From Archangium sp. (lineage in GTDB: Bacteria; Myxococcota; Myxococcia; Myxococcales; Myxococcaceae), in the NCBI GenBank assembly GCA_031367385.1, contig JANLPS010000429.1, positions 1-12,826 of the forward strand: DNA of 12,826 nucleotides. Direction: 5' to 3'. Below are positions 8,103-12,826 of this stretch, piece after piece. Below the pieces are notes generated by a model that was not told the origin of the DNA, did not search any database, and was given only the letters and a program-made list of their open reading frames with translations. Made by a program: the position numbers and the translations under genes. Numbering within the stretch: the first letter of the stretch is position 1; each line of letters opens with the position of its first letter.

Positions 8103-10260
8103 TCACGGCAATTCGACGGTTTGCGGCTCGGCCTTGACGAAGACGACGTGGTTTTCTCCCTGCCCCCAAGTGCCGTCAGGAGCCACGAATTTCAGCTCGA
8201 AGACGCCTCCGATGGGCAGGTCGAGGGTGGCTGGCAGGGTCACGCCTTTCGCGGGGGCCCAGTCGCCGAGCTCACTGCCAGAGCCGACGACTTTGCCGGG
8301 GGCCTTGCTGGTGAAGGTGACGGGGGAGGTCTTCGCTCCGGTGCGCCACTGAGCAGCGAGGGTTTTCGAGAGCCCGGTGAAGTCACCGTGGGTGTTGAAC
8401 ACGCTCACACCGGGTGAGCTTGGGCCGTGCGGCCAAGGTTCGGAGATGCGTGGGTCAAAGGGTTGCGACGATTGGTTGACGACGATGACCGAGAGCTCGC
8501 TTGGGTGTGCGCGGCCAATGACGAGATGTTGAGCGTCGACGAAGAGCACGGTGGAGCTGCCATCGCTGAGCGCCGGGTTCTCACTTCGCAGAGTCAGGGC
8601 CTTGGTGAGCTCGGCTTTGAGCGGCGTGGGTACGAAGCGCATCGACTTGCGGTTGTCGGGCTCCTTGTCTCCGTCGAGGCCTATTTCGGTGCCCCAGGTG
8701 AGCGAGGGAATGCCGCGGCTGGCCAGCAGAAAGCTCAAAGCATTCTGAATTCGCTTCGAGTCGTGCCCGCACAGCGACGCGATTCGAGGGAGGTCGTGGT
8801 TGTCGACCAACGTCACAAGCTGCGACGGGTCGGGGTAGCGGCGATCATTGGTGAGCACCGCGGCCAACTTCGCGAGGGGTTGGTCTCGACAGAAGACATC
8901 GGCGATCGCGAACGCGAGTGGAAAATCGAACATCGCGGTGAAGTGCCCGTCGCGCCAGACTCGGGCCACCTGCGAGGGGTCTCCGTCGAGCATTTCACCG
9001 AGCAACATGCGGCCCGGCTTACCGAATTCTCTATTGAATTCGGCCCAGTACGACAGCGGCACGTGCTTGACGGCGTCGAGGCGAAACCCGTCAGGCTCGG
9101 CGAGGTCGAAGCCACCTCCGCGTGGCGGCGCTGAGGTAAGCGGCCACTTCGGGGTTCTCTTGCGCGAGGTCTGAGAGGCCGTGCACGTCGCCGTTCTCGA
9201 GCTGCTGCGCGTCGTGCCAGTCTTTCACCCCACCCTGCGTGTGAAACCAGGTCGGGTGCGCGGTGAGCAGCGGCGCGTCGGGCCCGACGTGGTTGAGCAC
9301 CAGGTCGAGCATGAGCTTCATGCCTCGCTTGTGCACTTCGGCTGAGAGCTTCTTGACCGTCTGTTCCGTGCCGAAGCGCGGCTCGACGGCGTTGAGGTCG
9401 TAGGTCCAGTAGCCGTGAAAGGCTCCGTAGCCGTGGTATTTTTCGGTGCGCATCGCGAAGAGCGGTGAGAGCCAGAGGGTGTCGATGCCGAGGCCTTGGA
9501 GCCAGTCGAGGCGCTCGATGAGGCCGTCCAAGTCTCCGCCGTGAAAGGCGGTGGGGTCACTCGGGTCTGCGTCGGCGTCGTTGGTGTGGTTGCCGTTGAG
9601 AAATCGGTCGACCATGACGAAGTAAATCGAGCTCGGGCCGGTGCTGGCCGATTTCGTTGCTGGGCCTCCGGGCGAGGCGAGCAAGCCGTCGATGAGTACG
9701 GCGAGGCGGTTGCCGATGTCTGGGGTCGCGGCGACCATTGCTGCTTCTTGCTTCTCGTGATCGAACATCAAGACGACGGGCACTTCGAAGGCGTCTTTGA
9801 CCTGCGTGCCATTGCGGCGTTCGACGGTGAGAGCGGTGCCGACTTCCCAGCGGTAGCGGCCGTCGAGCTGAGAGAAGAAGTGAACGCGGAGCTCGATGAG
9901 GAGGATGAAGGGTGGCTCTGAGGCTCGTGGTTCGACAGGCTCACCATGAGAGTTCTGGGCTCCACCCGAGCTCAGCGCGGGACCCGGCGATTCGCGAATC
10001 GAGGCCATTCGGGCGTCGGTGAGCTTGGTGTTCTTGACGGTCTCGAGGGGCACTTCAACTGGCTGCAGGTTTCGTTCGGCCAGCACCTCGGCGATCGCCG
10101 CCTTGAGCTTGTCAGGCGCGGTCGTCGAGTCTCCAGCGAATGACGGGTCGGCCACGTAGGCCACCGCGATCGGCGTCAGCTTCGGCAGTCGCTGCACGGG
10201 AATTCGGGGAATGCACCCGGCGCCAAGCAGCACCGCCGCGAGCACGATCGCCTGCCTCAA
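8103..10260 (-). CDS. Lipoprotein GH13 alpha-amylase-family enzyme (unknown N-terminal domain + GH13 + CBM20-like starch-binding domain), interrupted by one +1 frameshift at about 9105-9111; 718 aa if joined
   Basis: TTG 10260 with upstream GGAGG, overlapping the porin TGA, and signal MRQAIVLAAVLLGAG-C. First frame (stop at 9091-9093): IYFVMVDRF, HGGDLDG, GIDTLWLSP, FHGYW, DLVLNH. The +1 frame: DGFRLDAVKH, LLGEMLD, LVDNHDLPR, GIPSLTWGTE, then VVGSGSELGDW...ELKF...WGQGENH (CBM20-like). All catalytic residues are intact. Confidence 0.85.
9105..9119 (-). other. Frameshift junction GGAGG-TGG-CTT-CGA-C (candidate programmed +1 site or 1-nt insertion)
   Basis: Zero frame reads CGG AGG TGG CTT CGA CCT CGC CGA GCC TGA. 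The +1 frame continues GAC CTC GCC GAG CCT GAC GGG TTT CGC CTC GAC (DLAEPDGFRLD). Confidence 0.8.
9926..9950. repeat. REP-like short repeat (CGTGGTTCGACAGGCTCACCATGAG) inside the amylase CDS
   Basis: Matches from memory a widespread bacterial repeat core TTCGACA[AG]GCTCA, read as HGEPVEP or VSLSN in different frames. It lies in a Pro/Ser/Gly-rich loop-like segment, in a single copy in this window. Confidence 0.5.
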
Positions 10261-11756
10261 AACCAACCCTCCGACTCGAGCGAAACCAAGTGATGCCACG
10301 AGATGGTGCTCCTGGGCCTGAAGGCGTCGTACTGATCGAGCTGCTGAACGAAGGCGTTGCCAAAGGCCGCGTGCTGGCTCGAGTACTGAAAGCCGTACAA
10401 GAGTCGAATCGACGGCCGCGCGTAGATGCCGAAGCCGGTCGGGTTGAGCACGAGCCCGGTCTTGAACTGCCAGGTGTTGCGCGTCTTCGAGTCGCCGAGC
10501 TCGAGCCCCCGGGCATCTGAGGCCCCTTGCGTGCTCGCGAAGATCGAATCGAAGTTCGCGCGGTACAGGTTGCCGTTGAGCGAGGTCTCTTGTGCGAGCG
10601 ATGACTCGATCAGCAAGTGCAGCGTGCGAGTGAAATACAGCTGCAATCGCAGCACAGTCGACAGCGCGGTGCGGTTCTCTTCAGAGGCCTGAATCGAGTT
10701 CGCGAAGTTGCGGTTCTGGCTGTACAGCACCGCCCACGACGCATCGAGCCGGTCGGGTATGAGCTTGAGCTGCAGCTCGTTGCCCACCTGCAACACGTAT
10801 TTCTCGCGGGTGAGATCAGCGATGTAGATCTGCACCGAGCGGCCGCTCGCCGGGTCGGTGTCGGTGTAATTGTTCTGAGGGTGCAGGCGCTGAAATCGGG
10901 CGAAAAAGTTGTTCCACCGGATTGGACCGAACGCGCCAAACCCGAGGTACCCGACGAAGCGGTACGAGCTGCTCGTGCTCTTCGATTCTTCAGGCAGTGG
11001 AAACTGGTTGAACCCGAGCGGGTTGTCTTCGAGGTAGCGGCGCAGCACTTCTTTGCGCACGAAGTCTTCGAAGCGAACGCCCGGAGTGACGTAGCTGCTG
11101 TTGCGATTGCCGTCGATGAACGGCTCGACCGCGACCTGGGCTCCGGCGCCGAGCTCGAAGTGGCCTCCGAAGCGGGCTCGAATCGCACCGCCGGCGGTGA
11201 GCAAGGGCACGTACTGCACGCCCCGGTTCGCGAACCCGGAGTCACCGACCGTGAGCAGCACGTCGACCGCGTCGCCCAGGTAGCGGGCCGAGAGACCGAT
11301 GGTGTCGTCGAAGAGCTGCGCGGGGCGAATGTCGTAGAGGCCCAGGTCGCCGAAGTAATACTGCTGCGTGCCCAGCTGCCAGACGACCTTGGGCGCGATG
11401 ATGTTGCCGGCGCGGGCGTAGAGCTGGCTGATGCGAAAGTTCGCGAGGCTGCCGTTCGATGAATCGGCTGAGAAGACCGTGCCGCCTTCGAGCCGGGCGT
11501 GAATGCTGGCCCAGATGTCGGTGGTACCGGGTGGTGCTTGAAGCAGGTCGAGCTTCATTTCGAGGGCGACGTACGGGCCCTCGTTCATCAGGCGGCCGTA
11601 GAGGTTGCCGTAGCCGAGGCGGCCGTCTCCGCCCTGAAAATCGGGGCGCGCCATGATGCGGTAGTACCCGCCGGCGCTGAAGCGGCTGTCAGGAGCCTGG
11701 GCGTGGGCGGTCGCCGCAGTAAGCATTGCGAACGCAGTGATGAAAAAGGGTCGCAC
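10257..11756 (-). CDS. LamB/maltoporin-like carbohydrate outer-membrane porin (499 aa)
   Basis: Sec signal MRPFFITAFAMLTAATAHA-Q. LamB-like segments FSAGGYYR, YGRLMNEGPYVALEMK (cf. YRLGNE..TYAEL), WQLGTQQYYFGDLGLYD and YARPSIRLLY (cf. SRPAIRVF). C-terminal beta-signal LESEGWF. Flanked by alpha-glucan enzymes. Confidence 0.75.
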   Translation of the reverse strand: MRPFFITAFAMLTAATAHAQAPDSRFSAGGYYRIMARPDFQGGDGRLGYGNLYGRLMNEGPYVALEMKLDLLQAPPGTTDIWASIHARLEGGTVFSADSSNGSLANFRISQLYARAGNIIAPKVVWQLGTQQYYFGDLGLYDIRPAQLFDDTIGLSARYLGDAVDVLLTVGDSGFANRGVQYVPLLTAGGAIRARFGGHFELGAGAQVAVEPFIDGNRNSSYVTPGVRFEDFVRKEVLRRYLEDNPLGFNQFPLPEESKSTSSSYRFVGYLGFGAFGPIRWNNFFARFQRLHPQNNYTDTDPASGRSVQIYIADLTREKYVLQVGNELQLKLIPDRLDASWAVLYSQNRNFANSIQASEENRTALSTVLRLQLYFTRTLHLLIESSLAQETSLNGNLYRANFDSIFASTQGASDARGLELGDSKTRNTWQFKTGLVLNPTGFGIYARPSIRLLYGFQYSSQHAAFGNAFVQQLDQYDAFRPRSTISWHHLVSLESEGWF

Positions 11757-11818
11757 GGGCGGGCGCTGACATACACGATTCTCGCGCGATGGAAGCCCCC
11801 AGTGCTGCTCCCCGGGTC

Positions 11819-12166
11819 TTAAATGGTGTCGAGCTCTCGTCGCAGCCGCTCGACGGTCTCGAGTAACAGGGGGTCACGCTGCTCGAAGCGAATGCCCATC
11901 GAGTTCTTCTGCGCCCACATCACGCGGCCAATCACATCGACCGAATCGCCTCGAGGCAGCTCGAGGTGCAGCGCGACCAGCGACATCGTCGGCAGGGGCG
12001 CATCGGTCTCGACGCGAACTCCGCCCTCTGAAAGGTCGAGCGCCTGATCGGCCATTCGCAAGTCATCGCTGCGAATGAAAACTGGGAAGGTGGCAGGCAC
12101 TCGAGAAAAGCGTCGCGCCTGCGAATACGAGTCTTGGTACTTCGATACGAACGTTTCAATTGTCAT
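11819..12166 (-). CDS. Stand-alone PilZ domain protein (putative c-di-GMP receptor), 115 aa
   Basis: RxxxR (RRFSR) and DxSxxG (DLSEGG) motifs, GRVMW and MGIRF. GGGGGA SD before ATG 12166. Confidence 0.88.
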   Translation of the reverse strand: MTIETFVSKYQDSYSQARRFSRVPATFPVFIRSDDLRMADQALDLSEGGVRVETDAPLPTMSLVALHLELPRGDSVDVIGRVMWAQKNSMGIRFEQRDPLLLETVERLRRELDTI

Positions 12167-12244
12167 GTGTTCCCCCATCCGCCGCGGGCAAGAGTGCAAC
12201 GGCGAATGTCGAAATGCAACCTGCAGGACGCACCGACATTTCAT

Positions 12245-12826
12245 TCAACGTGCTTCGAAGATCGCCACCGTTCGCCCTTTCAGCGTGTAGGTGGTCGTGA
12301 CTGCCTCAGGTGAGTCGAGTGTGGCGTTACTGGTGAGGCGCGTGGGCCGCGAGAGCGATTGCAGTGTCTCGGGAAGATCCCAGTACGACTGTGTGTCTAC
12401 GAGGCGCTTCCACGAGTGGCCGGGGGGCAAGCTGAACTCGACGTCAGTTTCTTCACCGTTGATGCAGATCGCGAGCTCGGGCCCGGCGGTCGGGTCGTCG
12501 AAGTGCATCATCAAATTCCTCGATTCCCAATCTGGCTCGCCGGTGTTCGATGCATTGCGCCACGCGAAATGTGCGGCCTTGCCGTACTCGAGGGGCGCCA
12601 GTGCGTATGCGTGGGCTTTGCGAAAGCGAATCAGCTGCTTCACGAAGTCTTTCATTCGTTGGCGTTGATCCTGCGCCTCGTACACGCCCCAATCCATCCA
12701 GTTGAACTCGTTGTCGGCGAGGGTGCCGTACGCGTTGTTGTTGCCGAGCTGTGTTCGCATCCACTCGTCGCCTTGGTACAGCAGCGGCGTGCCAGCGCTG
12801 ACCATCATCACCGTGAAAAAATTGCG
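12245..12826 (-). CDS. glgX: Glycogen debranching enzyme / isoamylase (GlgX family, GH13), C-terminal part; the start lies beyond the window
   Basis: RNFFTVMMVSAGTPLLYQGDEWMRTQLGNNNAY...DNEFNWMDW, LIRFRKAH, FSLP...WKRLVDT and YTLKGRTVAIF. The frame is open to the window end. Confidence 0.8.
   Translation of the reverse strand, partial: RNFFTVMMVSAGTPLLYQGDEWMRTQLGNNNAYGTLADNEFNWMDWGVYEAQDQRQRMKDFVKQLIRFRKAHAYALAPLEYGKAAHFAWRNASNTGEPDWESRNLMMHFDDPTAGPELAICINGEETDVEFSLPPGHSWKRLVDTQSYWDLPETLQSLSRPTRLTSNATLDSPEAVTTTYTLKGRTVAIFEAR

Noticed and set aside
8103..9062. Independent 319-aa gene starting at GTG 9062
   Set aside because: It begins immediately after the catalytic FRLDAVKH motif of the same frame, so it is the C-terminal half of the frameshifted amylase.
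11757..11818. Terminator or MalT box between pilZ and the porin; ATG 16 nt upstream of the porin GTG
   Set aside because: Only a weak stem without a U-tract and no clear GGA[GT]GA boxes; the ATG is out of frame and lacks an SD.

Overview
GC-rich bacterial DNA, almost certainly from a myxobacterium (Myxococcota), judged from the CglD-type gliding lipoprotein and PDGG/NDGG linkers. The + strand has the 3' end of a Kelch-repeat protein with a Gly/Ser and poly-His tail, then a small hypothetical lipoprotein. The rest is one co-directional - strand run: GlgX/isoamylase-type debranching enzyme (partial), stand-alone PilZ protein, LamB/maltoporin-like outer-membrane barrel, lipid-anchored GH13 amylase with CBM20, fadI, fadJ, class I SAM methyltransferase, and a CglD-like TSP3/VWA lipoprotein. 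Four observations stand out. (1) The amylase is split by a single +1 frameshift at GGAGG-TGG-CTT-CGA-C, which matches the geometry of the prfB programmed +1 frameshift; a 1-nt sequencing error is the main alternative. (2) The porin is translationally coupled to this amylase, which has an uncharacterised N-terminal lipoprotein domain, suggesting a TonB-independent starch-capture module. (3) The cglD leader is structured and carries a 12-codon uORF with its own Shine-Dalgarno (SD) site overlapping the cglD start. (4) A short REP-like repeat sits in frame within the amylase gene.
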